Below are positions 22,805 to 34,343 of a stretch of 64,000 nucleotides of DNA, piece after piece. Position 1 is the first letter of the stretch. Every line of letters begins with the position of its first letter. The stretch spans positions 18,203,101 to 18,267,100 of the forward strand of contig NC_134025.1 of NCBI RefSeq assembly GCF_964204645.1. Reading direction: 5' to 3'. The translations under genes were made by a program, and so were the position numbers. Origin of the DNA: Tubulanus polymorphus (Eukaryota; Animalia; Nemertea). A model generated the notes under the pieces. The model saw nothing but the letters and a program-made list of their open reading frames with translations, was not told the origin of the DNA and made no database searches.

Positions 22805-22824
22805 TTAATTTTTTTGTTAAATAA

Positions 22825-24065
22825 ATGAGTGGGAGTTGTATCAATCCTTCTAAGAATCATAGAATATCTAATGCTATTAAAGCAGAAAGATCACATCATA
22901 TAATTACTCATAACCCTTCTAATATTAATCCCGATGAAACTTTATATGTTAGAATTCCTAGATTAACACAAAAAATGTTCCAAATAGTATTTATTTATCA
23001 GCCGATATAAAAGTAACCGGTAATAATAATAATTATGTTGTTGATAATGTTGGGAGATATTTGATTAAAAAATTAACTATAAAGATTGGTCCAGAAACAG
23101 TTTTCTCATTAGATGATTATAATTTATATATGCATTATAAAGATTTATGGTTAACTAAAGAAAATAGAAATAATATGATATTTCAAGGAATCCAATCAGA
23201 AAACCAAAATAAATTAAGATCAGAAGCACATAATGCAATATTAACTAGTGCTATAGATAAATTGATAAAAAGTATATATGGAAGCAAATATGAAATTCCA
23301 TTAGACTTTGAATTGATAAATAACAATGCACCTTTATATAAATACGCAATTCAAGAAGATGTTATATTTGAGATAACATTTGCTCCTGTTAATGAAATTG
23401 TAATATCTAGCGTTAATAAAGATATGAGTTATAAATTATCGAATATATGTTTAGAATATGATACAGTAACTGATGAAAATATTTCAAGTATAATTCAAAC
23501 TAAATACAATCAAGGATTTTCATTATTATATGATTATATTGATAAATTTAAAACTGTAACTATTAATGCAAATGATGAAATAATTAATGAGAATATTAAC
23601 TTCCCAAGAAGATCTATTAAAGGTATATTAATATTTTTTACCATTGCAACATATACTAATGGCGCAATAAATGTTGATAATTATTATAATCCTGAAATAA
23701 CAAAAGTAGAAATAACTATCGAAGGAATAGCAAATAAAATATTTTGCCAAGGAATGAGAATGAAAGATCAATGGCCAGAAATTAGAAAACATTTTATGAA
23801 TGAAAAAGTAAAATCATTTGAAAATTGTAATATTAACCAAATTGATTATTATACCGGCAATAAATATGCATTATGGTTAGATTTTAGAACAACAGAGGAT
23901 AATTCATTACATGGTTCCGGAAAAATATTACAAAACACTAAAGATGGAATACAATTATTCATGACAAAGAATAAAGGAATCAAAAATTTTAAAATGCACA
24001 TTTATATTATATCTGACGCGCAATTAAATATTGTAAATTCTCAATTGAATAGTGTTATGTATTAA
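22825..24065 (+). pseudogene. Major capsid protein (double jelly roll), frameshift near 22975
   Basis: HIITHNPSNINPDETLYVRIP...YEIPLDF...LSNICLEYD...RSIKGILIFF...YALWLDFRT...LHGSG; ~410 codons, beta-rich. Confidence 0.8.
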
Positions 24066-24097
24066 AATTTTAACTTTAATAAAAATTTATATAATAA

Positions 24098-25015
24098 ATG
24101 GAAGGTGGAATATATGAAATACAAACTCCAAGTGAAATGATAACAGATATATATTATATATTACCTTATGATGAATACATTAAGTATTTTGGAGATTACT
24201 TTAATCAATTCAAATATAGAATAAGTAAAATAAAAGATAATATTGAAACTAAAATAGAAAATAATATTGAAACTAAAATAGAAGATAAGAATGATATTGA
24301 ATATAAAATAGAAGATAATATTGAAACTAAAATAGAAGATAGTAATAATATCGAAACTAAAATAGAAGATGTAACAGCATCTACATCTTATAATATAGCC
24401 TCTACATATGATATTGAATCAAAAAAAGATTATTATAATCCAAAATATTGTGATGTATGTAAGAAATATATATCATATAAAAATAGGGCATCACATAAGA
24501 AATCAAAGAAACATATAGAAAAAGAAAAGAATAATAATGATAATAATATATCAGTTGGTAATATAAAAGATAATGTTAACCTAATTGAAACTAATGATAC
24601 CATAGATAATATAACAGATAATGTAATAAATAATGTTAACCCAATTGAAACTAATGATAATGATATAACAGATAATGAAATAATTAATGATTCTAAAAAA
24701 CATTGTAACATTTGTAATTTAGATATTTCTAAAAGTAATTTTTCTAAACATAAAAAATCTAAGGGGCACATAGAAAATGAAAAAGAATTAATATGTGATT
24801 ATTGTAATAAAGAAATTGAACGTGTTGATAAAATTACTCATTATAAATCAAAATTACATCTAATTAATGTTTATAAAAAAGTGGGTATGTTACCATTGTT
24901 AGATGAACCAAAGAAATATATCAAATATTTTAATCCTGAAACTAAACAATATCATATATTCTTTAAGTTGTTATTTGATAAATTATTAGCTTATGCAGAA
25001 GAATATAAATTATAA
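24098..25015 (+). CDS. 305-aa protein with NIETKIE repeats and three C2H2-like fingers
   Basis: CDVC..SHKKSKKH, CNIC..KHKKSKGH, CDYC..THYKSKLH. Confidence 0.8.
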   Translation: MEGGIYEIQTPSEMITDIYYILPYDEYIKYFGDYFNQFKYRISKIKDNIETKIENNIETKIEDKNDIEYKIEDNIETKIEDSNNIETKIEDVTASTSYNIASTYDIESKKDYYNPKYCDVCKKYISYKNRASHKKSKKHIEKEKNNNDNNISVGNIKDNVNLIETNDTIDNITDNVINNVNPIETNDNDITDNEIINDSKKHCNICNLDISKSNFSKHKKSKGHIENEKELICDYCNKEIERVDKITHYKSKLHLINVYKKVGMLPLLDEPKKYIKYFNPETKQYHIFFKLLFDKLLAYAEEYKL

Positions 25016-25110
25016 ACATAAATTATAAACATAAATTATAAACATAAATTATAAATATAAATTATAAACATAAATTATAAATATAAATTATAAACATAAA
25101 TTATAAACAT
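25006..25110 (+). repeat. 12-bp tandem repeat (AAATTATAAACAT-like)
   Basis: Direct inspection. Confidence 0.9.
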
Positions 25111-25297
25111 GGTTTTAATATATGATTTATTCATTATTATATATTTCATTTAATAATTCATATTTCTATAGACTAGACGTACGTAAGAATCCAAGATTCT
25201 TGCCAAGAAAGTAAAAAGGTAAGAATCTTACTTTCTTACTCGTACGTCTAGTACATAGATATATAAATTAGTTTCTATAATATTCCAAATTAGGATT

Positions 25298-25909
25298 TTA
25301 TTTTATAAATTTATATTCATAGGGAAATTGTAATCTCAGTAATAATTTTGAACCTTTATTATTCTTTAATTTATTCATATATTCATCATGTAACTCAGTA
25401 GGTATAATTTGATTTTCTTCCAATGATTGTTGCATAGATTTTTTATCTTTGTTATAAAATAAAACTAGAAATCTTACATTCTCCCTAAAGTCTTTAACAA
25501 TTGAATTATATTTTTGATTTAAAACCCATGTTGTTATCTCAAAATGTCTTCCAGAGAAAGCTAGATAACATAACTCACTTTCTCTCACTTTTGAATCATG
25601 TAAATTTGCGCAATCATCTATAATGAATAATGTATTTGATCCTTTATAAGTATCAATTGCTATTTTAATACAATTATCTAAATTTTCTTTTACTGTTTTA
25701 GGATCTAATATAATAAACTTTTTCATCTTAACTATATCTCTATTATATGTTTTATTCATCTCATAAGTAGGACAGAATAATATTATATTATCAAAATGAT
25801 TCTTATAAATAGTTTCTAACAAGTCTAATATGAAATGTGTTTTACCACAGTTTGTTACCCCAGTAACTAACATATTATGCGGTTCAAATATAAATACATC
25901 TTTATTCAT
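25298..25909 (-). CDS. A32-like (FtsK/HerA) genome packaging ATPase
   Basis: Walker A GVTNCGKT, Walker B FIIDD, SGRH arginine motif, NQ sensor. Confidence 0.92.
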   Translation of the reverse strand: MNKDVFIFEPHNMLVTGVTNCGKTHFILDLLETIYKNHFDNIILFCPTYEMNKTYNRDIVKMKKFIILDPKTVKENLDNCIKIAIDTYKGSNTLFIIDDCANLHDSKVRESELCYLAFSGRHFEITTWVLNQKYNSIVKDFRENVRFLVLFYNKDKKSMQQSLEENQIIPTELHDEYMNKLKNNKGSKLLLRLQFPYEYKFIK

Positions 25910-25922
25910 TTATTCTTTTAAT

Positions 25923-26166
25923 AGAACGATGACCACACTCAAACGTGGTGAACGGATAATAAGATAAAATCCCACTATTTACAGATTAAAAGAATTTAAA
26001 AACCAGAATTTATTTATTAAATCTAAAATATTTAAAAGACACGACACACCTGACGATGATCTCTAGGGTGAGATCGAAACGTCGTGTCTTTTAAATATTT
26101 TAGATTTAATAAATTAATTCTGGTTTTTAAATTCTTTTAATCTGTAAATAGTGGGATTTTATCTTA
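25923..26166 (+). mobile_element. 244-bp palindromic Penelope-derived insertion
   Basis: 13-bp TSD TTATTCTTTTAAT (25910-25922, 26167-26179); ~90-bp inverted arms around a hammerhead. Confidence 0.75.
26046..26087 (+). ncRNA. Minimal type I hammerhead ribozyme
   Basis: acac-CUGACGA-U-GAUCUC-uagggu-GAGAUC-GAAA-CG-UC-gugu. Confidence 0.8.
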
Positions 26167-26880
26167 TTATTCTTTTAATTTTACTAGATAAAATCCATTC
26201 ATTAAATTTATCATCGTATCCTTTATATTTCACCAAAGAAAAAGAAAACTTTTTTCCTTTAAGAGTTTTTGTTTTCAATACTTTTTCTATTTTGTATTCT
26301 ATTTCATCTGGATTTGGTACAGGTGATAATTCTTGTTCATAGAAATAACCTAATATTTCTTCATCTTTTAGATCTTCTAATTTATAAACAAATGGTTTAG
26401 TTAATATTATCTTTTTAATCTTGAATATTTCTTCTGTAAAATTTGGGGTATAACCTTTATAAAAGGTTTTTCGATATTTAGATATTCTTACGTGTTGTCC
26501 AATTTTGAATCTAGGTTCACCGAAATCATGTGTAACAAACGCTCCATATAAATTATTCCAAATTATCTTCTTTTCTAGCTTGTATAGGTTTCATATTTAT
26601 AGAACTATGTTTAGAATTATTATAACCTTTCACTAAATCATCTAACACATCGATATATTTATTTGTTTCATTAGCAGTAAAATATCTCCACATTCTAGTT
26701 TTCAATGTTTTATTAAATCTTTCTATACTAGATGCTTTTTTATCTGAGTGTGTTGAAAAATATTCTACATCGTTATCAGATAATAGTTTTTTAAAATGTT
26801 TGTTATAAAATTCTTTACCTTCATCAAATTGTATCTTATCTGGAATAGCTTCTTTAAATATAGATTTAAACCCATTTTTG
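26167..26880 (-). pseudogene. Retroviral-type (rve) integrase with chromodomain; N-terminus deleted, further disruptions
   Basis: PDKIQFDEGKEFYN...KASSIERFNKTLKTRMWRYFT...YNNSKHSSI; chromodomain YKIEKVL...VKYKGYDDKFNEW. Confidence 0.92.
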
Positions 26881-27293
26881 TAATTCAGTCATAACTAAAT
26901 AGTCATTTTTCAAATCACTATATAATTTATTTTCATCATTAATTGGTATTAACTGGTTACATAACTTAGAATAACATTTGACAATACCATCTGAAATAGA
27001 ATCATTTATTCGGGCTAATTTGCCTCTTCATAAATCTTAAAATATTTTATTACTTTATCTGGTTTCATAGCATCTAATTCTTGAAAAGTAATAATTCTAT
27101 TTAAAAACTCTTTAGATTTTCCACCAGCAATCAATAGTTCTAGATGATGCTTACAATATAAATAGTATTCATAATCTATATTACAATTAACTTGAGCACA
27201 ATTAGTTACAACTGTATCTTTATTATCACTTATACCCAAATCATCTAATGTCTTTTCAATATCAATACTATTCTTATTAGATTTCTTTGACAT
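26881..27293 (-). pseudogene. Viral protein truncated by the deletion that joins it to the integrase
   Basis: TAAATG start; YYLYCKHHLELLIAGGKSKEFL; homologs starting at 39121 and 43446. Confidence 0.7.
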
Positions 27294-28019
27294 TTATATT
27301 AGAGAAAAAAAGCAAAAAAAATATTATAAGTATTCTTCAAATGATACTAGATAGTTAAAGCTAAAGAATTCTAGTATTGACTACTGATACTAGCTTTTTG
27401 AATTTAAAGAATTTCTATTTGAATCTATTCAAAATATAAAGTATTCTCTTTTTGAAAAGAAAATATAAAAAATACAATAGAATTCACTAGCTAGTTGAAG
27501 TTATTGTTTTTTTATATTTTATTTAAATTCTATTTGATATCTCACTACTATTGTCTATCTATTAGGAGCAGTAATTATAACTGTCCAGATAAGTCATTTC
27601 GGATCCTTGATATCAAATTCCTCAACATATTGTTCATTATTTGGATCATTGTTCCGTTGATCAATGAATTTCTTTGCCTTTGTTTACTGTTCTAAATATA
27701 ACTGTAAATCTAGTTCATTAGATTTGATTTTATTTTCTTTCTTTTCAAGAGGTCTTAAATTTTTCAAATTCCAAATAAGTTTTTTATTGTATTCATTATT
27801 CCTTTCCATTTATAAATCAAATTTTTAATAAAATTGATTAATATTTTAGAATCATCTTCCATTTTTTCGACTACCGTCATCCTTTTTCATTCCTCGCTGC
27901 TTTTGATAATTCATTTCGGATCCTCGATAATAAATCCTCAACTGAAAATCAATTCAACGAAACGACTGGTGGAAATATTATTTCATAAACACATATATTT
28001 ATTATGTAGATTTTAGTGA

Positions 28020-28380
28020 TCGATAATAGAACAATGGAGAACAATAGAAAAGCGGTCCAATCGGACCGGTTATTGCGCAATACACAGTTATATTTTTATT
28101 CTGTAAACTACAACATTCAAACATAGAACTGTAACCAATCAATGTTGAGCAGCTGTTTCCGTCAACAACGATCAATAATAGAACAATGGAGAACAATAGA
28201 AAAGCGGTTCAATCGGACCGGTTATTGCGCAATACACAGTTAACAGTAAACAATCAATACAGAACAACCGCCGCCATTAACAGCGATCAATAGTAGAACA
28301 ATGGAGAACAATGGAAAAGCGGTTCAATCGGACTGGTTATTGCGCAATACTTAGTTAACAGTAAACAATCAATACAGAAC
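28020..28380 (+). repeat. Three imperfect ~65-bp direct repeats in a non-coding, GC-richer region
   Basis: AGAACAATGGAGAACAATAGAAAAGCGGTTCAATCGGACCGGTTATTGCGCAATAC at ~28029, ~28180 and ~28295. Confidence 0.85.
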
Positions 28381-28444
28381 AGATATATACAATCGAGATT
28401 AGATTTTTTGATATCTATATTACAAAGACCTTCAGTGTTATAAT

Positions 28445-28912
28445 TTATAATTTTGTCCAGAATTCTTTAATTACTGGATTGTTTCCTATCATTTCTTCAA
28501 TTTCTGGTGAATATCCGACTACTTCACTAAATGCTAATCCAAATATTTTGAATTTTTCATATTTCATTAATCTACCTACTCTTCTCAGTTTTCTTTCAAA
28601 ACCGGCACTGATATCTCCACTCATTTTCCTACTTTTCGATTCTTTGAGTCCCAACAGCAATTTAAGTCGCGTTGCTGGTAATTTTGGTAATTGTAGTTCG
28701 CGCGGTAATTGTTTATTATGTATTACATCACTCAGAATTTTCCCCATTTCTTGATGATAGTCCAAATGTTCTTGTAATTTTTGTGAAGTTTGTTCGTCAA
28801 TTACGAGAGTTTTATCCTCCATTTCTATTGATTCCTGAGTTTCACTATCCAGTAGCAATCGTTCCTCATCCGTTGGTTGGCTTAGAATTTCTGGTTGATC
28901 TCTGTATTCCAT
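28445..28912 (-). CDS. Hypothetical viral protein, internally deleted relative to homolog 37613-38560
   Basis: Shares LQEHLDYH and ISAGFERKLRRVGRL...IKEFWTKL with the homolog. Confidence 0.7.
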   Translation of the reverse strand: MEYRDQPEILSQPTDEERLLLDSETQESIEMEDKTLVIDEQTSQKLQEHLDYHQEMGKILSDVIHNKQLPRELQLPKLPATRLKLLLGLKESKSRKMSGDISAGFERKLRRVGRLMKYEKFKIFGLAFSEVVGYSPEIEEMIGNNPVIKEFWTKL

Positions 28913-29349
28913 TTTAATCTAAAAGATGTCGTGAAAATGAATTACTGTACTTAAATATGTTTAAAGGTTTCCCTACTTCATAATATATGTACTTACATTT
29001 AGATTTAGAACTGTAAACTGTGTTTTGAGAGAGAATATCCAATACGTACTATGTATGTGAAAGTTGATTTCTAACTGCCGACGTGGCGCACGTTCGACCA
29101 AACTAATCATTTCTGCACATATTTGCCTGGATTGTAACAGATGTTCCTTTGTGATTGTAATTGATTAATCCTTTTCAACTGAAATAGCACATTCGATCAA
29201 TATTCAAATGAGGTGCGCCCCATTCAACTGAATATGAAATACGGCACAGATGTTTTTGTAAACAACCTAATACAATTACATATAGGCGGTTTGACATAGA
29301 TCGAGAGTAACCGGTTTTCTAAGCGTTTAAGCTTCAACGTATTTTTCAT

Positions 29350-29980
29350 TATGTGTTGAGTTCCATAATTCAACAAATGTCTTTGCTTTATCCAATTGAT
29401 CTAAATATAAATGTAAATCTAGTTTGTTAGATTTAATTATGTTTTCCTTCTTTTCTAAAGGTCATAAATTCTTCCAATTCCAAATAAGTTTTTTATTGTA
29501 TTCATCATTCATGTTAAATTTAGAAATCGGCAACACATGATCAATATGAAAGTATTCTCCATAATTATCTATATTCATTTTATCATCGAATTGATATATT
29601 ATCCATGATATGAAAAATTCATCTGAACAACCCAATAAATTAGATAGTGTTTCTGAATGTGTTTCTTTGTTGAATAATTGTGTTAATCTAGATCTTAAAC
29701 ATTGTTTCAATCTAAAATTAACATCTGTTTGATATCTTTCTCTCATATATTCTGTCATATAATCATTATAAGCTTCTCTATTATCTTCTCAGTATTGTTT
29801 GGTATATAGTTTAAAACAAGTTTTACAGCAATATTGAAAACCATTTTTGCTAATCTTACGCTTACTAAATTCTGTTAAAGCTAATTTATCTAATTCACAT
29901 TTAGAACACTTCTTGTAGTATATGTTTATGACACCAGTGTTATTTGTAATAATGATAGTTTGTGGTTGTTCTGATTCCAT
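29350..29980 (-). pseudogene. HNH-type endonuclease with nonsense codons
   Basis: Colinear with intact 36568-37236; HIDHVLP...WKNL. Confidence 0.85.
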
Positions 29981-30218
29981 TTATTATACATATTTTTTTA
30001 CTAAATTGATTTTAGAAGTTCAATGATTTATATCATGTATTATTTCAATCACACTTTACTAACTCTTTTAATGTTTAAAAATCTAACTCATACAAATATG
30101 AATATTGAAATAATGTTTAAAATATATCTATATATCTATTCTATAAGAGCTCGTTAATTACTCGTTACTTATATATGTTATTCCTTTATATTTTATTCAT
30201 ATATATGAATATTTTAAG

Positions 30219-31669
30219 AGTAATAGGGGTAATAGGCTTTCACATCAAAGGTTGAAGGGGCGAGTGAGTAAAAAAATGAAAATAATAATAATTTACAGTT
30301 GAATTAGGAGTGTGCGCGACTAATTCAACTGTAAATTATTATTATTTTCATTTTTTTACGAGCTCGACCCTTCGACCTTCGAGATTGATCCACAGCTAGA
30401 TTTTCGTAGTATTTGAAAATATTTCGTAGTATTTAGAAATGTTCTTAATGTTGTTTCCGTATGCGTAGGGGTTACGTTAAAGCCGTCAGACAAGAACGTA
30501 CTAGTAGTAAGAATTACGAAAGTTCTTGTTTGATGCTTTCATCTACCAACGCAAACCATAAATCAGTCTATTAACAACAATTCTTTCTCGGTTCTTCTGC
30601 TGTGAGATCTGGCAAACATTCAGAAAATCTTTATATAAAACTTTTAAATAGTGGAACCATATTTGGTTGGGTCGGAACAATGGAGTGTATTTATAATGAG
30701 GCTCGTGAAGGGATCACGCTGATACTTGATGATATTCCCGGCTACTTTCCGTAAAAGGAAAAACCGGAAGTTTAGGAAGATGTGGTTGTTTTGCTTATCC
30801 TGTATTAAAATAGAATTAGTTAAATTGTAGATAAAATAATTAGTATAAGTATTTCAAATAATTTAAGAATTGATAATCAATCACAATGTATTCCGAATCG
30901 TAGTTAATTATAATAATTAAAAAAGAAACAATGAATTTGTACTGTAATTAGAAAAGAAAACAAAGTTTTGAAAAGATATTTAATTTGAGTAATCTAGATG
31001 TTGTTTAAGAACAAATTGTTAATAATCGCTAATGTTTTAGAAAAATTAATTTGTGTTAAATGTTAAAACTAGCTGTCTGAAGTTTCTGTTGTCTGTATGC
31101 GCTCGTTGGTAATTCACAGACAATAGCTGCTCTCTCAACAACGACTAGCAAGGAGTAAATCACAACGCGTCATGACAGGAGGGTTGGAAGGAAAAAGTTA
31201 GTTTAGCAAATCAGTTTTGAAAATAATTTTAGATCAGCGAATCATTAAGGCCAAATTATATATGACCAAAACAGTCATGACAGTAAGGTTGCTGCTCCTT
31301 GCCAAAAGTCGAGTGGGAGAGTCGGTATTTTAAGAATGCCGATTCTTTCTATAAAAGGGACCCGCATCTTGAGAGAGCAGTCAATCGGGAGAATCTGTAC
31401 CTTAGTAAGACGAGTGTCGACAGCAGGACAGGAGAAGCTTCGGAACGATAGGGATTCATATAATAGGGATTAGGAAAATCATTCTCAGGTTCAAGGTAAA
31501 TAAAATATATTATCTTCAATATTATCATCCGGTATTTCAATTTATTTATTCGGATTTGTGCACGGACACGTTCTCTCGCCAGGGCCTTACTCAAGTATTT
31601 TAATGGATAACGATTAAAGAGAGGATTGTGACCGGCGTATCAGTATGAAAGACTATTACCCCTATTACT
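30219..31669. repeat. ~190-bp hairpin of collapsed Maverick termini, interrupted by a solo LTR
   Basis: AGTAATAGGGG...loop ~30307-30319...CCCCTATTACT once 30386-31642 is removed. Confidence 0.8.
30386..31642. mobile_element. Solo LTR, inverted copy of 8279-9543
   Basis: TG...CA; near-identical reverse complement except for a divergent patch at ~31190-31400. Confidence 0.85.
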
Positions 31670-33221
31670 ATTATATATTCATAATGCAAAATAGAAACAA
31701 CTGAACATAGAAAATTCAAACGCATTCATGTCCGCGTCACATGCGTTACATGTGTCAGTCACATGCGGCCATTTATGGCCGGTTTTGCTTAATGCACATG
31801 TGTTAATCATAATAGAAACAACCGACATGAAATATCTAAATCATACCTGAGCAAAAGCGCGCATTCGTGCGCGCTTTTGCTTAATGCGCATGCGCTAATC
31901 ATAATTATATATTCATTCTGAATAGAAACGACCGAACATAAAAATTCATCAATCAGATTTACACAATACATTATACAATTTGTTCAGTAGTGTCTTCCAA
32001 TACATCATTTGATTTCTATAAATACAATTTATAATTACAAACATTTTTTCAATTGCTGGTAAATATTTAACTACATCAACAAATGTTAAACTTAATCATT
32101 GGAGTCTTAATGTTTTTGAAATTCTTATATAGTTTCTTCTTCGATCTTTTGGCGATTTTTGTGTTTCTTGTGCTAATTTCTATTGGTTCGATATCCATTG
32201 CTGTTGATTCCTTAGTCAGAAAGAGTATCTTGAGTTTCTCTATCACTTCTTGATGCGTATGACGTTTTATTAATCTAAAAGATATTAGCGGTAACTCTAG
32301 CTATCTAAAAGATATACTAAATACACTTAAATATATCTAAAGGTTTCATATTTAATAGCCCTAATAACTACAAAAAACAGTACTTACATTTAGATTTAGA
32401 ATTGTAAACTATAAACTCCTAATTTCGTTTCGAGAGATAGAATATCCTAAGCGTAATGTTACAGCGTCTGTTCAGTTCCTGCCTGCCACGTCATCTGGTT
32501 CCGGTTGTAGAGTGTTCTACACGTTTGCAATATTATGACTCATATGTCTCGGCGTCATAGTAACAGCTGTCACAGCTGTGAATTTATAGATTTATTCCAT
32601 AGCTCTTTACATGGAATGTATATAGGCTCAAATAGAATCATGTTCTAGTATAAACAACCATGTATTATTTCAATCACACTTTACTAACACTTTTAATGTC
32701 TAAAAATCTAACTCATACAAATATAAATATTGAAATAATGTTGTAAATATATCTATATATCTATTCAATAAGAGCTTACACATTTATATTGAATAATCTG
32801 TAAATTTAAATGTTATTCATGTATATGATTATTTTAAAGAGTAATAGGGGTAATGGGCTTTCAGGTTAAAGGTTGAATGGTCGAGTTCATTAAAAACAAA
32901 TATTAAAAGTAATTTAAAACTATAATATATTTTCATAACCGTGTGCATTTCAGTTGAATAATAGAATAATTATTATTACTAAAATATATTTGATTATGAA
33001 TTTGTGTATTGTAATAAATCAATTGGTCGCGGAGCGGAGCGGTAGCGACCAATTGATTCAATACAATATGCTTTTAAAATCTTAGAATAAATATTTAGTT
33101 ATAATATGAAATTCACACGGTTATGAAAATATATTATAGTTTTAAATTACTTTTAATGTTTTGTTTTTTAATGAGCTCGACCGTTCGACCTTTGGCCTGA
33201 AAGCCCATTACCCCTATTACT
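31670..33221. mobile_element. Fragment of a related Maverick ending in a 382-bp hairpin (32840-33221)
   Basis: 32380-32410 matches 28990-29020; 32659-32839 matches 30035-30218; AGTAATAGGGG...CCCCTATTACT. Confidence 0.8.
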
Positions 33222-34206
33222 GATATATGAAAGCTATGGGTACTGGAGTGTGTAATGGGTAGTGTAGTGTGATCTGTGTGCATTTGTGGCCAGCACACAG
33301 ATCACATTTTTCATTGGGGTTTGGTCCAGCGCGGAGTGGGGCCGATACGTCCAGTATTATGGAAAGATATTCATCACTTTCATGGTTACTCAATAACATC
33401 CTGCCTGCCTGGTATCTTTGGTGGGTAGAGAGGTGGGAGCTCAAGGTATCATTTTTAGCCCACTTGGGACTTAAGTCCCAGCAGGCTATTGCAATCACTT
33501 TTCGTTGGTAGTATATATTCACCAGGCAGCATTGAATATTCAAATTGTCACATTGTTGGGCATTTCTAACCACTTCCCAAGTGATTGTATCAGCCAATAA
33601 ATATTAGCCAATTAGTACCATATGATATTTTGAAGGGATAAGTCACTTTGGACCCATGTTCACTTCGCATTGTCACTAGTAAGACTGTACCTAAAACAAG
33701 TCAATTTTAGAATGACCAAATTTATTAACTGATGAATGTTTAGAGTTCATAACACTCCACTCTTTTTCCATTTGACAACCCTGCATTTTGCAATTTCTAT
33801 TGCTTATTATCCATTCAATATTTCCTTACTAAAGCTGGGCACCTACTTGTTAATTCTCACTCCAACTGACTCGCTCACCTTAATCACCAGTAAAATTCTT
33901 CAAGCATTATCCCTGACTCACTGGGCAAATTTTGGCAACAATTCTATCACACAACTTGTATGCCAGGAAATATCACCTAATGTCCCCCATTTTAAGCAAC
34001 TGAATCAAATAGCTGCAATCAATGATACTGACTTGAAGTTCCCACAGCATCAACTGCAAGCAATGTTAAGGAACGCAAAGAATGCACAGCAGCAACTGCA
34101 ATCAATGTTAAAGCTAGCAAAGAACCCACTGCAATAAACGATACTACAACTCAAGCACCAACAGCATCAACTCCTTTAGGTATCAAATCCAACACAATTT
34201 CATTAA

Positions 34207-34343
34207 CCCTTTGGTGCCTGAAGGGTCCGGCCGGAAAATCCGCTAATGTGCCTGAGCATTCCCATTGTTTCTATGAAAGACGAAGACGACTGATGGCGCC
34301 GTTCTTGCGCATTTAAGTCGCGGCACCCCTAGGCACCAAAGGG
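34207..34343. mobile_element. piggyBac-type MITE
   Basis: TTAA flanks; 13-bp TIR CCCTTTGGTGCCT. Confidence 0.8.

Larger units (their letters stand above)
11232..31669 (+). mobile_element. Endogenous Maverick/Polinton-like virus (adintovirus-like), partly decayed; right boundary uncertain
   Basis: AGTAAT left end; pPolB, penton, MCP, A32 ATPase and rve integrase; left flank AACGGG is not repeated at any candidate right end. Confidence 0.9.

Noticed and set aside
22057-22860. 267-aa antisense ORF (also 13924, 19719, 24433, 28479)
   Set aside because: These are shadow frames of real AT-rich genes on the opposite strand, with no motifs.
8279-31642. 1.26-kb inverted repeats flanking the large Maverick, read as its TIRs
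   Set aside because: Both have TG...CA ends and interrupt other elements independently (one with TSD ATAT). They are solo LTRs, not AGT...ACT termini.
33230-34200. GC-richer stretch with several short ORFs
   Set aside because: No recognisable domain could be reconstructed. It is probably a decayed TE, but I cannot support a call.
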